Positions 11,982 to 24,235 of a DNA stretch of 64,000 nt are shown here, piece after piece. A model generated the notes under the pieces. The model saw only the letters and a list, made by a program, of their open reading frames with translations, was not told the DNA's origin and searched no databases. Made by a program: the position numbers and the translations under genes. The DNA is taken from contig ML992502.1 of the NCBI GenBank assembly GCA_010093995.1, forward strand, positions 1,832,312 through 1,896,311, read 5' to 3'. How positions within the stretch are numbered: position 1 is the stretch's first letter; every line of letters starts with the position of its first letter. The stretch comes from Elsinoe ampelina (Eukaryota).

Positions 11982-12776
11982 ATGTACACCACCATCCTCA
12001 CCACCGCTCTCCTCTCCTCCATCGCCCTCGCGGCTCCAGCTCCACAAGCATCCACCCAATCCACCCCTCAACCCACCACAGCAAACGACGCCACTACCAC
12101 CTCCACCATGTCCGCCCCACGCCCCTCCTTCCCAGGCCCCGCCAACCCCCTCTCCCTCACCGCCCAACTCACCCTCGCCGACTCAGCCATCGACCGCTTC
12201 CTCCTCCTCCCCAACAACAAAGACTTCGTCTTCACCTTCGACGACGCCACCAAAAAGGGCAAAGGGGGCAAAGGCGGCGACCTCATCGCGGCCAACCGCA
12301 AGACCTTCCCCGCCCTCGTCTCCACCGGCGCCGGCATGGCAGTCGGCTTCCTCGGACCCTGCGGGTTCAACACGCCTCACGTGCACCCTCGCTCCGTGGA
12401 GTTGCAGATCGTCACGCAGGGCCGGCTGGTGACGGAAATGGTGCCGGAGAACGGCGTGTTGCAGGACGGGAAGAGGAGGGTGATTCGCAACACGTTGGAG
12501 AAGAACCAGATGACGCCGTTTTATCAGGGGAGTGTGCATGCGCAGTTCAACCCGGATTGTGAGGATGCATCGTTTGTCGCGGCGTTCAACAGTGAGGATT
12601 TTGGGGCCGGGCAGGTACCTGACGAATTGTTTGCGTTGAGCGATGAGGTGGTGGCCGCGGCTTTTGGACAGGCGGTCGCTGGCGAGGATGTGGAGAAGTT
12701 CAGGAAGGCGATTCCGGTGAGCATCGCCAAGGGGGTGGAGGAGTGTTTGGCCAAGTGTGGGATTAAGAAGAGGTAG
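11982..12776 (+). CDS. Secreted spherulin-1/germin-like cupin
   Basis: Signal peptide, ANRKTFPAL, GPCGFNTPHVHPRSVE germin box, GSVHAQFNPDC. Confidence 0.92.
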   Translation: MYTTILTTALLSSIALAAPAPQASTQSTPQPTTANDATTTSTMSAPRPSFPGPANPLSLTAQLTLADSAIDRFLLLPNNKDFVFTFDDATKKGKGGKGGDLIAANRKTFPALVSTGAGMAVGFLGPCGFNTPHVHPRSVELQIVTQGRLVTEMVPENGVLQDGKRRVIRNTLEKNQMTPFYQGSVHAQFNPDCEDASFVAAFNSEDFGAGQVPDELFALSDEVVAAAFGQAVAGEDVEKFRKAIPVSIAKGVEECLAKCGIKKR

Positions 12777-13654
12777 AGGAACTAGTTGGATGGTTGGGGA
12801 GGTGTTGTTTTGTAATGAGTAGCGGCGCAAGATGATGCAAACCTTGGGTAATCTGGCGTTGGGTAGAGCTTGGTTATAGATGTAGTGTAATGTTCAATGG
12901 TCATGACACATGTATGGGAACAATTGTACTTGTAATATTACTTTCGTTGCAATACATTTGATACCTATCGTCGACGACATGGATTCGAGGACACCTCGGG
13001 TGATCTCGGTCTGCTTTCCTGCGACGCCCGAGGTCGAAATCCAGCCACTTCCGGAGCTTCGCGCGTGTCCCCTTTCTAAAGTATATCGACATCAGGGGAA
13101 CACCATCATCTCGTGGATTGTTCCTTTGACACGAAGATGCTACCATAGTGCTGGGAAATCAGTGGTGATGACTCGCTGTCGCATTTCGACAGAGCAGCGA
13201 GATGTCAGAACAGCCGCGTGACACCAGACTCACAGCTCAACTTTTGAACGAACCAGCTTCAGATTGTCGTTCTCTCGCTTAATGGACGATCACTCTTACC
13301 CACCTGGCTGGATTAGACGAGAGCTGCAGCCACACTTGTATCAGGACCGACACAGGGCCTGATCGACATGAGTTGCTTGTCCAAACTTGGTTCCATGGAG
13401 CGCAAAAAAAAAGCCATGGAGAACCAAAAAAAGCTCGAGCTGCAGCCACACCCGCTTGTCAATCCTACCATGAACCAGTCACTGGGCGGGCATCATGCCA
13501 GTCTGTGACCATGTTCAGCGTGGCGGTCAAGCACGGCCAAGGCAAGTCTTGGTATCACAAGCTCGTATTGTAAACATAATACACAGTTGAGGCACTTCTA
13601 GTACTCAAGTACTTCTCTCACCCTCTCCAAATCACACTGGTGACTATCATCATA

Positions 13655-15391
13655 ATGTCTGGTGCGAAAGACAACACGTCCCACGGCCTAGCCTTCTTGA
13701 CCAACTTCACCGCTTCGCTCGTACTAGCCGCCTTGTTAGGACTTGCTGTTTGGGTACACAAGGTCAGGTTTGTCATTGCTCCAGAATCTACCCATGGCTA
13801 TCAGGCCATCGACCTCGATACCAGTACATGGAACGTCGCCTGCACAATTGTCGGCACCGCTGTAGGACTCTTCACCACAGTCGCTTTTTCCATGCAAGAC
13901 GATATCATAACACGCCGCGAGCTTGCTAGCGATCGTGGTGTCCGCGCCATCTTTCTTCGACCTCTCACTCTTCGCAGAGGTGCAGAGCAAATATGGCATG
14001 CTCAATTGGCAATCGGGAGATCAACGCTCGTGTTCCTCACTCTTGCCTCGGCACTCACCACCGCAGCTACTGTCGCCCTTTTCGGCATTCGAGGAAGTAC
14101 CGAAGTCGGAGTGAACAGCTATCCATCGTTCCCCTTAGCCGCGCTCAACATGACTTGGACTGAACGCCTGGGCGACGCTGTCCTCGCAATGACGCCGCCT
14201 CTACAACGACCCACCAGCAACCATCTCACCAGTCTTCTATACAGAAGCGCTCTTGTAGCAGGACTCAAGGCACGCAACGCTTATGGACCACGAAAGATCT
14301 ACGAGCCATACCTTCCTGAATCAGGTACCATTGGTGACACGTTGTACGAGACACTCAGCACAGGTGGCGTCGGTTTGAACACATCCAGCTACCTACAATA
14401 CTGGAACGACCCAGATGGATTCGATATGCCCAATCGTTTCGAGTTCAACGGGATAGCTGGACGGGTGTTTGGGACTCACATCAACGTCACATGTACCAAT
14501 GTCTCTGCCGAGTACACTTGGTCCGAGGACAGACTGTCGAGCTACCCAGATGCCGACATGCGAGTACTGTCATTCAGCAAGCCGGGAGGTCTAAACATCA
14601 CCATGTTCCGTCCACCAGAATGGTCCCGCGGACAACTCCAGTATCTTGCACTGGCTTCGTATGTTAGCGCTCCACAAACAAATAGTGATCCGATCCACAC
14701 CATTGCCATGGCGGGCGTCTTTCGCACCGGCTTTGTCTGGGAATGTCGCTACAGTGGCCGAGAATACCTCGCCCAAGTCTCCATGTCATCACCTGTATCC
14801 CCTCTGATCATTGAGCGAGATGCACAACAGGGCCCTCTCATCGGTCCAATCGTCAAGCAGCGAGTCGCAAATGCTACCCACGACATCATTCGAGCTGGTC
14901 AAGGTGGTAACCTCGCAAAAGCGTGGATGGATGCCGAATTCAACTACGATGGTCTCAACAGCACGAATGCGACCGGGCCACTCGAGACCATCATGGGCCA
15001 AGTCAGCGAAGGATACATATCGCTCGTGCGACAATCCATAGAAAGGACTACTATCAATGACCCTTCGTCACTGGGAGATCTCGGTGCCGAGGTGAGAGTC
15101 TACATGACCGTAACGAGGATGGGAGGCAGTCACATTGCGTGGACCGCTGTCTTTGGGATACTCCTGCTCGGGACTCTTTCGGGTACAGTCCGAGCCTGTG
15201 TAGGCCGTCGAGCTGTTAGCTTCGAAGCACAAGACGCGGTACGACTTTTGTCGGCGACCAATCTATTCCAGGGGTTGAAGGATACTTCGATAGTGGCGTA
15301 CAGGGATGGAATTGAGCTTCTGGACAGTCCTGGATCGCAGAGCCCTCCCTATGGCGAGGTATCCGCGACTCCTAAGCATGTTGGTACTTAG
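13655..15391 (+). CDS. Uncharacterised fungal membrane glycoprotein (N-terminal TM helices, large luminal domain, C-terminal TM)
   Basis: Long intact ORF (~578 aa from ATG 13655) with hydrophobic segments at both ends and many NxS/T sequons. Confidence 0.75.
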   Translation: MSGAKDNTSHGLAFLTNFTASLVLAALLGLAVWVHKVRFVIAPESTHGYQAIDLDTSTWNVACTIVGTAVGLFTTVAFSMQDDIITRRELASDRGVRAIFLRPLTLRRGAEQIWHAQLAIGRSTLVFLTLASALTTAATVALFGIRGSTEVGVNSYPSFPLAALNMTWTERLGDAVLAMTPPLQRPTSNHLTSLLYRSALVAGLKARNAYGPRKIYEPYLPESGTIGDTLYETLSTGGVGLNTSSYLQYWNDPDGFDMPNRFEFNGIAGRVFGTHINVTCTNVSAEYTWSEDRLSSYPDADMRVLSFSKPGGLNITMFRPPEWSRGQLQYLALASYVSAPQTNSDPIHTIAMAGVFRTGFVWECRYSGREYLAQVSMSSPVSPLIIERDAQQGPLIGPIVKQRVANATHDIIRAGQGGNLAKAWMDAEFNYDGLNSTNATGPLETIMGQVSEGYISLVRQSIERTTINDPSSLGDLGAEVRVYMTVTRMGGSHIAWTAVFGILLLGTLSGTVRACVGRRAVSFEAQDAVRLLSATNLFQGLKDTSIVAYRDGIELLDSPGSQSPPYGEVSATPKHVGT

Positions 15392-16009
15392 CTGGTAGTA
15401 TGTCGAAAGGGTCGTGAAAAGCATTTCCATTCCCAGGGCTCGGAATATCGGCAGATTTAAGAGGGCATTTCAGGAACAGCAGTCTCAGTGACCATTACTC
15501 CTGCTGTGTGCACACTTGATCTCGATCTACTAAAGTGATGAGGCTATATTGTTACCGTGTGTATTCAGTTCTTACAACAATGGCTCAATATCAAGCACGT
15601 TCGGCGGCATCGGCACTACGCTTAGTAAAGCTTGTCTTTTGCCGGTAACTTCAACCCCGCCCTTCTCCTCATTCCCTCTCCTCAGTGCCTCTCATCCTGT
15701 GGGTCCAATCGTCGGGTCAACACGAACATCCTGGTACATGACGAATTTGAGAGCTTGCAGGAAGAAGAACTTGGGTGCGAGCACTTATGTAAGTCGGCAA
15801 TTGGTCGACGACGTCTCCACAACCACGCATGCAACCGCCTGTATTCTTGACGATCATCCTCATTCATCCGGACTTGCAGCAATGATCTGCATGTTCATGC
15901 TTGACCTCTGACGAGATCAATACAGTCCAAAATACCAAGAACGAGTATAAGATCGCATGGCTTGCTGGTGGCTTGATGGCCAAGCTCACCTAGCCTCATA
16001 TCGTCCAAC

Positions 16010-18429
16010 ATGCATCTTGTACTAGGTGCTCTACTGGCCCTTGCTGGCCATGCCAGATCACAAGGTTCAGTGTATGCCAACAATGGGTATCAAAGGGGCT
16101 TCCCGGATTGCCAATCTGGCCCTCTCGCCAACACTACGGTGTGCGACAGAAGTCAAGGTAAATGGAGCCAGACATGGTGTCATTTCAGTATTGACAATCA
16201 TCAGATCCAGTGTCGAGAGCCAATGCACTGATCGACCTCTTGACGTTAGAGGAGAAGCTCAATCAGACCGGATCCGAAAGCCCGGGAGTACCTCGACTCG
16301 GTCTACCAGCATACACCTGGTGGAATGAAGCCCTGCACGGCGTTGCCAGCTCACCTGGTGTTAACTTCTCCGACTCAGGAGATTACTCCTACTCGACCTC
16401 TTTCCCCCAACCAATCTTGATGGGCGCCGCCTTTGATGATGAACTCATTCGAGAGGTTGCGACTGTGGTCAGTACCGAAGCCAGAGCATTCAACAACGAC
16501 AGGCGAGCAGGCTTGGACTTCTGGACTCCCAATATCAATCCGTTCAAGGATCCGAGATGGGGCAGGGGTCAGGAGACTCCTGGAGAGGACTCGTACCATC
16601 TGTCCTCGTACGTCCACGCGCTTATCGATGGCCTACAAGGTGGCTATGACCCTGATATTAAGCGAGTCGTTGCCACCTGCAAGCACTTTGCGGCCTACGA
16701 CATTGAGAACTGGAATGGTAACTTCCGATATCAATTCGATGCTCAAGTGGACACCCAAGATCTAGTCGAGTACTACTTGCCGTCATTCCGGAGTTGCGCC
16801 AGAGACTCCAACGTCGGGGCTTTCATGTGCAGCTACAATGCTCTGAATGGAGTGCCAACGTGCGCGGACGATTATCTACTCAAGGACATCCTGAGAGGCC
16901 ACTGGGGCTGGACCAACGAGCAACAGTGGGTTACTTCGGATTGTGACTCGGTACAAAATATCTTCTTGCCTCACAACTATTCTCAAACGAGAGAGGGTGC
17001 TGCAGCGGCCGCATTCAACGCCGGCACAGATGTCGACTGCGGAACATACTACCAGCATCATCTGCCGACAGCATTGGCACAAGGTCTTATCAACGAAGCC
17101 AGACTGGACGAGGCGCTCCTTCGACAATACTCGTCGCTCACCCGTCTTGGCTATTTTGATGGGCCCGATTCTCTATACCGCAATCTGAGTTTCGCCGATG
17201 TCAATACCCCATCATCTCAAGCACTTGCTTTGAAGGCTGCTGCCGAGGGTATTGTACTTCTCAAGAACGATGGTCTTCTGCCCCTGCAGATCACCAATGG
17301 CACATCTGTCGCTTTGATTGGTGATTGGGCCAATGCTACAACAGACATGCAAGGCAACTACTTCGGTCCAGCTCCGTACCTGCGCAGTCCTCTCATCGCA
17401 GCACAAAATCTCGGCGCCTCTGTACACTACGCAAATGGCCCTGGCGGGGGTGATCCTACCACAGACGGATGGCTTTCGATCTGGCAGGCTGCGCAGGCCT
17501 CAGACATCATCATCTACGCGGGCGGGATTAACATCGACATTGAAAGCGAGGGAGACGACCGCGTTGCCATTGCATGGACTGGAGCTCAGCTTGACGTGAT
17601 CGGGGAGCTCGCTACACTTGGCAAGCCAATGCTAGTCCTGCAGATGGGTGGAGGACAGCTCGACTCGTCGCCAATTCGCGACAATGCCAACATTAGCGCA
17701 CTGCTGTGGGGTGGTATTCCGGGTCAAGACGGTGGCACTGCGCTCTTTGACATCATCACTGGCAAGACTGCACCTGCTGGTCGCCTTCCTACCACCCAGT
17801 ATCCTTCCAAGTACACCCAGCAGATTCCAATGACTAGCATGGCTCTCAGACCCAACGGGTCATTCCCGGGTCGCACTTACAAGTGGTACGATGAAGCAGT
17901 GTACGAGTTCGGCTACGGTCTACATTACACAAACTTCTCTGCTTCTGTCGCTCCGCTCAGCGATCAGTCATATGACATCTCTTCACTCGTCAGCAACTGC
18001 ACCGAGCGCTACCAAGATCGCTGCCCGTTCCAGACTATCGACGTCGAAGTCAGCAACGACGGCGACGTCGCGTCGGACTACGTCACTCTCGGCTTCATCA
18101 CCGGGCAATTCGGACCGCAGCCATGCCCAAGGAAGAGTCTTGTCAATTACCAAAGACTCTTCGGCATCCAGCCCGGACAGAGCCAGACTGCTAAGCTAGC
18201 ATTGACACTGGCCAGTCTGGGGAGAGTTGATGACAAGGGCAACACGGTGTTGTATCCAGGCGACTACAGCTTGGTGATCGACACGCAGCCGCTGGCCAGC
18301 GTCAACTTCACCTTGACTGGCGACGTCTACACGCTAGACCATTGGCCTCAGCCTCCACCACGTGGTCAGCTGAAGAGTGACTACTTCGTACCTGGATATG
18401 GTAGTGATCAAGCCGTTCTGGAGATGTAG
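16010..18429 (+). CDS. GH3 beta-xylosidase (xlnD/bxlB type)
   Basis: Signal peptide, FPDC, WWNEALHG, DPRWGRGQETPGED, KHFAAYD, nucleophile region VTSDCD, FnIII-like tail; intron ~16158-16203. Confidence 0.96.
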
Positions 18430-18786
18430 TGGTCCAACAGAAACAACTCATACATATCGTAGATCGACTCAAACATGCCTGACGGTCAAATGATGTCTTC
18501 GCCCCCCCACCTTTCCCGTGCCTGACCTCAGACCCTGCCCCGTGAGGCTTGACAACCCCAAGCTTTTGCGGCAAGCTTTGTGGCTCCCGCTTTGTCCAAT
18601 TGGTGGAGAAACGCGATCATTTCCACTTTCCACTTTCCTTTCTACAACTTCCCCTCCGGCAATCCGGCCCTATGTCCAAATTTTTGGAAACGATTTATAT
18701 TCTGTGATGTCCAGGTAGGCGCGAGTGTCGGTTCGTCAAAGTAGACGTCAGTCCATCCATCTCAGTATAATTTGCCATCATTCGAA

Positions 18787-19961
18787 ATGCGTTTCCTCCT
18801 GGCTTCTGCGCTGGTAGCGGCGGTGGCGGCTCATCCTGGTCCTGCACCTTTTTCGTGGGCAAAGACGAAAGCGGTCCTTGCATTTGGGGACTCTTATACT
18901 TTCGTCCGAGGCACATACGGGCGAGAGAACTACTCATTCATTGCTGATGCTTTGAATCCGACCTACACTCCTGCTCAGCTGGAGGAGAGCTACATCATCC
19001 AGAACCAGACAGGGACCAGTGCTGGTAACACCCAGGGCTTCCTACATTAAAGAAACATGACTGATGTACCCAAGGCGGACCCAACTGGGTCGAATACCTC
19101 ACCGGCTGCGGCCTCCAAACCCAAAAACCCTCGTCCTGCACGGGCAAAGGCCAAAAGCAGCTCTGGGACTTTGCCTTTGCCGGCGCCGACGTCTCCACCA
19201 AATAGTCCCTCCCTCCCCCATCCCTCCTCTCCCCCCTTTACTAACCAAACCCCGCCCAGCCTTCCCCTCCACCACAACTACTCGGTGCAAATCGACTCCC
19301 AAATCTCCTCCTTCACCGCGCAAGCCTACCCCCAACCCTTCATCCCCAAAGGCCCCACCACCCTCGTCGCCATCTGGATCGGCATCAACGACATCAACGA
19401 CTCTGCCAAAAACACCACCATCGCCTCCTTCCCGGCCTTCTACCGCTCCATCCTCACCACCCTTTTCGCGAGCGTCCAATCCCTCTCCGACCTGGGCTAC
19501 ACCAACTTCCTCTTCCTCAACCTGCCCCCCCTGGACGTGACGCCGGGAAACGTCGCCAACGCGGCGGCCAACAAGACGATCTACCCTTCCGTGGCCCAGA
19601 TCGGGGCGTGGAACTCGGAGTTGGCGGCGCAGGCAAAGGGGTTCGAGGAGCGGAACAGGGGGGCGAATGCCATGGTGTTTGATACGTTTAGTTATTTGCA
19701 CGGGGTGATTGATCGGGCGGAGAGGTATGGGTTGAAGAATACGACGGGGTATTGTGCGCAGTATAATGCGCCGGATATTGAGACTGGGTATGCGAAGTAT
19801 GGGTGTCTGCCGATTGAGGAGTATTTTTGGTACAGTGAGTATTCCTTCCAGTGAAGCGGGGAAAGGTGCTGACCGTGGTAGATACGGGGCATGTGACGTT
19901 TAGGGTGCATGAGATTTTGGCGGCGGGGTTGAGGAGGTTTTTGAATGCTGGTGGGAAGTAA
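18787..19961 (+). CDS. GDSL/SGNH esterase, CE16-like acetylesterase
   Basis: Signal peptide, AFGDSY, GGPNWVEYL, WDFAFAGA, WIGIND, terminal FWYNTGHVT across three introns. Confidence 0.9.
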
Positions 19962-19994
19962 GGGTGGTGTGTAGATATAGCCGGAGGGGTTGAT

Positions 19995-21145
19995 TCAGCT
20001 GATGAGTCGGCCGACTACGGGTGTGGCATGTAGTCTGTCATTCTTCGGTCCGTGGATGGGCCCATATTCAGCTAGGTGCTTCTCCATTGCTTCCTTGTCG
20101 TAGAGAGCCAGCCCGGCTTTGGCATAGCACACGGTCGGTGTTTTATGTCGTGCGCGCCATTCACGATTCACGGCGTTGATCGTGAATTCCCTCCAACATG
20201 CATCGCACATTACTGCACTTCGCCACTTGTGTGTACTCTTGTCGAAGACTGGCGAGCGAATGACTACCAAGATTCTGTCGCGGCTACCTTGATATTGCCT
20301 GGCACGGGTTGTCCAAGTATTGCTGCTTACCCATGGCTCAGCAGTGTTGGTCATGGTCTTCCTCCTCTGCTGTACGGCGGAAGGGAGTTCGGCATCAGTG
20401 CCGTAAAATCGGACAGCTGTAGCTCGTAACGACTCGGGATCATAGAGCTTGATGAACTGAGCTGTTTCGTTGCGGCTTTGGCGTGTCAGTACAGTCTCCG
20501 CACCACAGGGTGAATGTCTTACCCAGGTGCGAACCGCTCGTAGCCATGGTACAACCGTCGATACCATGCTGACTCACGGTGAGGAGGCGTAAGCACAGAA
20601 GCGACAGTCTCTAGTACGGCGGATGGGAGGAAATATTCCTTCTCCGCCGTATGATGAGAAACAGGAAGCGTCGTCGGGCTCATCGCAATGCATGACCGGC
20701 AGAGCTTCACGGCCATAAGAAGTGATATGTGGATGGCAAAAGCTCCGCAAAGATGACATACTGACGTGGTAGCGCATCTGTACAGCTCCCCAAGACTGAT
20801 GAAATGAGATGCCTTTGTAGCATAGCATGCCTTTAGTGTCAAGACATAATGTCTTTTAAGGATCAAAAAGTAAGGATGCCTGGAGGATAGAAGTGCTGCA
20901 CGACGATTGATGCACATAAACACACGGATTGACTCTAGGCTCAGATGCTCGACGAGTACATCCAGAATCTCAGCAGGCAGCCTTTCAAGAGTACCTAAAT
21001 CGTGGATGGTCTTGCGGCTCAGATGGCTTGTCTTGGGCAGCGAATATTGTCGTATATATCGATTTTGCTCCAGAGTCGACCTTTTGAATTCTTCTTGGAT
21101 GTGGCGGACACTTTCGTGGCTCATGAATGCGTTGGCTGATGCCAT
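19995..21145 (-). CDS. F-box protein with Cys-rich (CxxC) domains
   Basis: LGTLERLPAEIL F-box, CHLCG...KLCRSC, terminal CDAC...H. A 47-nt GTAAGA..CTGAC..AAG intron (~20476-20522) joins the two ORFs in frame. Confidence 0.8.
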
Positions 21146-21371
21146 GTTCGTAAGAACTGGTTGGAAGAATGGGGGTGAAGTCAGAGGGATGGACAAGATC
21201 CTAAGTTCGTTAAACTTAGTCAGAACTGCGCCACCAAACCGCCGAAAGGCCGCAACATTTGGGCAAAACAGTCATCCCAGGTGTTGCCCCACTTTGCACT
21301 TCACCTCTTCTATCGCGCCACACGCCAATGGGGACATCGACACGGGACAATCAAAAAACCAGATCATAACG

Positions 21372-22401
21372 ATGGGGTCAAGCGATAGCAAAGTTGACGA
21401 CTTTTCGCAATGGACTCGTCCCAAGATCGGCGTCAAGGAGTACTACTTAGATGACCAGAAGGGTATCCGAAAATCCATCCGGATCGCAACAAGGTCGGGA
21501 AGAAACACAGCAGACCTAGCCGGATTCGCAAAGCTTCCCCTTGAATTAATTGAGGACATCATAGCTGGCTTGAATCTCATTTCATTCGTCAGACTGTCTG
21601 CAACCAATTCCGCCTTCCGCAACCTGCTCTGCGAGCGACCAGAGTTCGCAAACACGATAGCATTCGCGCCGCATGTGGTTCGAGCCATGTGTAAAGCTCG
21701 GTGTTGGTTCTGGATTCTCATTTCATGATGTGTACATGAGTCTCGGTGGCGACAAGTGCGAGCTGTGCGGCGATCACGGAGGATACCTGTACTTGTTGAC
21801 CCTCAAACGATTATGCTTCCTCTGCCAGACCGAAGACAAGCAAGTACTACCGCTGACTCCAGCGCGAGTACTGTATCGCTACAACCTCCCTGAAGACGCG
21901 GTCAATATCATTCCTTCGGCGTTGAGCCTACCAGGTATCTACGGGAGCGAGAAGCGTTTCCCCAAGGAGCATCGACCGCGACAACTCTTGGATCCGGTCT
22001 CAGCTCACACGATAGCACGGATATTTCTTGGACCCGATATTGTTGATGTGGAGGGTCCTCCTCGAAACACCATGCAATTTGCCATGCAGACACTTGACGA
22101 TCCAGATGGAACTCATCCCGATGAGTGGGACTACAACGGGGGTAGCAATAATCCATTACGATTCATGGCTGTCGTCCGCATGCCTGCTATGGATAAGCTA
22201 ACGGGTCGATCGATGCAGACAGGGTTCTGTAACGCATGTCTGCGACTGGGTGATAACGAAGATCGACGATACTCGTGGCGTAGAGAGTATACAAGAATTA
22301 CCTTCGCTGAACACGTCAAGGAGTGTGGTTGGCTGGAACAGGACCCTACTACCAAGTTCTGGTCACATCGCAAATTAGACACGGACGCTGAGCCTCCATA
22401 G
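21372..22401 (+). pseudogene. F-box/Cys-rich paralogue with +1 frameshift
   Basis: FAKLPLELI F-box, CELCGDHGGYLYLLTLKRLCFLC, CNAC...HVKEC. Removing one A from TGTAAAGCTC (~21692) restores a frame collinear with the 27.3-kb paralogue. Confidence 0.75.
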
Positions 22402-22456
22402 CGCTGTTTGTACATGTTGATTGTCCTGTTGGAAATGCAAGACTGCTTGACATGTA

Positions 22457-24235
22457 TCAAGATGCTCGAATGTAGGTAGACGCAGCCTTGCTCCTGACCC
22501 AGATCAATTTTTCCTTTGCCAGATCTTCAGGCCGTCGACTCCTTTTGAGTACATCTGGCTCGATAGTCGTGTACAGTAAAGGCAGAGCATCGTTCTTCCA
22601 GTGCTCGACTCCACTGGTGTAGGTGACGATTATTGTCGCGATAAGGAGCACAGTCGATAGGAATGCGACACTGATGGGAAAGACGAGCCACCGCCTCCTT
22701 ATCTGGTAGCGTTGCTCTACAGACCTTGCCATGCCTTGGTACGAAGTTCCGAAATCAGTAGCGTTGCCATTGGCGCGGATGAAGTTGGTGAGACTGATGG
22801 CTGCATTCCTGATCCACCGGTCCAAGTCAGACGTCCGATACATGCGGGCCGCTCGAGGAGAGTCGAAGTCCATTTGATCGATCGTGTATGGTGGCCTTGG
22901 TCCTGCAGTAGCTTCTCCTCCGAGCTGCAAAACGTCTCCGAAAGAACGTACTCGCCCGAAGTACCATTTTGTGGTAGATCCGTCAGGCTTAGGTGGTGTA
23001 GTGAAGCGATCAGCGGAGATTGAAGTCAGATTCCATGACAATGTCTCGTCCACGACTTGACTTTTGACATTGCCATCAACGACGGCGAGCCTCAGAGTCT
23101 GTATGCAAGGTGAAAGAGTGCAAGAGAATAGGAAGGGAGCTTTGCGGACACGATCGGTGCTGTCTTGTATCTCTAGGGTGACTAGACTTTGTGCAACTTG
23201 TCTCGACCAAGGCGCCTCTTGCAGGCGGAAGATTGGTGTTTGAAGAATGTCACCACCAATGTGTCCGTAGGTATCCGAAGCGTTGACCCAGGTAAGTGGC
23301 TCAGGTAAGCCCCCCAAGTTTGGCTCGGAACTCTGGCGCTCTGGGTCGTCAACGTGATCAACACACCAGCTTATATTGTGCGTGGCTTGATACGTCGATG
23401 TGAAGTAGTTGCACGTTCGACGGAGAGAGTTTGATTTGTCTACAAAGGAGCCGCACATAGCGAGCGTCGAAAACTCAGGCCAATCGCAGTTACCGGATGG
23501 ACACTGCGGTGTCGAGTGCTCGACGTCCTCTTCGATGTGGAAGATCTGGTCGAAAGTATTACTGAAGTCAAGTCCGCGTACTATGGTGGGAGTCAGTCAG
23601 GGTGGCGCAAAGACTGGTAGAAGAGACCTACTACTTTCTCGCGGACTGGTTGATGCCGTCCCAGCCAACATCACGAGGTCAAAGATCTCCGAATGAGCGG
23701 GCGCGGGAAGAGCTGAGAAGGCGGGAGCCAATGTGGTCGTCACGGTTAACTGTGTCAGGGTGGCGAGTCCAATGCTGATAATGGTGAGCAAAGCTCCCAA
23801 CGTTGCAAGGCTTCTGGTTGCCATTAGCGGGTTACGAACGATTAGTCACAACAGTCGCGACGCACGGCCGATAGAGCTTGAAGAGAAGCAATAAGCTACC
23901 CCATGGACCCCTTGATGCACGATCGATTCGCTCCAGGTCAATCATCGGCCTTTTGGTCCGACCACGACCTGGGCCTCCCCGTCGGAACCATAGCCATTTC
24001 TGCTGTCCTATGGCAGCACCGATGGGTACCATAAGTGCGATGCGCATGATGGTCGACAAAGCAGCAACCATGGAATTGAGAGTGAAATAGCCGAAAGTCC
24101 AGTCGGATACTAGATTGTTATCTGCTTTCAGGAGTATAATGATGATTGCCACGAGACAGCAGTAGGCCAGGAGACATGCTAGAATCTCCCAAATCCACCA
24201 GGTCTCGGTTCGTCTGGTGGGCTTGCATTCCCCGG
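22457..24235 (-). CDS. DUF3176-type membrane protein; 5' end unresolved
   Basis: WWIWEIL, TLNSMVAALS, IGQQKWLWF, DRASRGPWGS, CPSGNCDWPEFSTLAMC, VEHWKNDAL motifs; introns near 23812-23865 and 23580-23630. Confidence 0.8.

Noticed and set aside
13387..13428. Imperfect hairpin TTGGTTCCATGG..A9..CCATGGAGAACCAA
   Set aside because: Short, depends on a palindromic CCATGG, and shows no TSD or other support.
15570..15790. Minus-strand coding-like fragment (..YQDVRVDPTIGPTG*EALRRG..)
   Set aside because: Possibly a gene relic, but I cannot recognise a family or define its boundaries.
20476..20567. Apparent frameshift between two minus-strand F-box ORFs
   Set aside because: Explained by a canonical 47-nt intron that restores the frame.
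23580..23630. In-frame TGA in the DUF3176 gene
   Set aside because: Lies inside a 51-nt GTAGGT..CTGAC..TAG intron.
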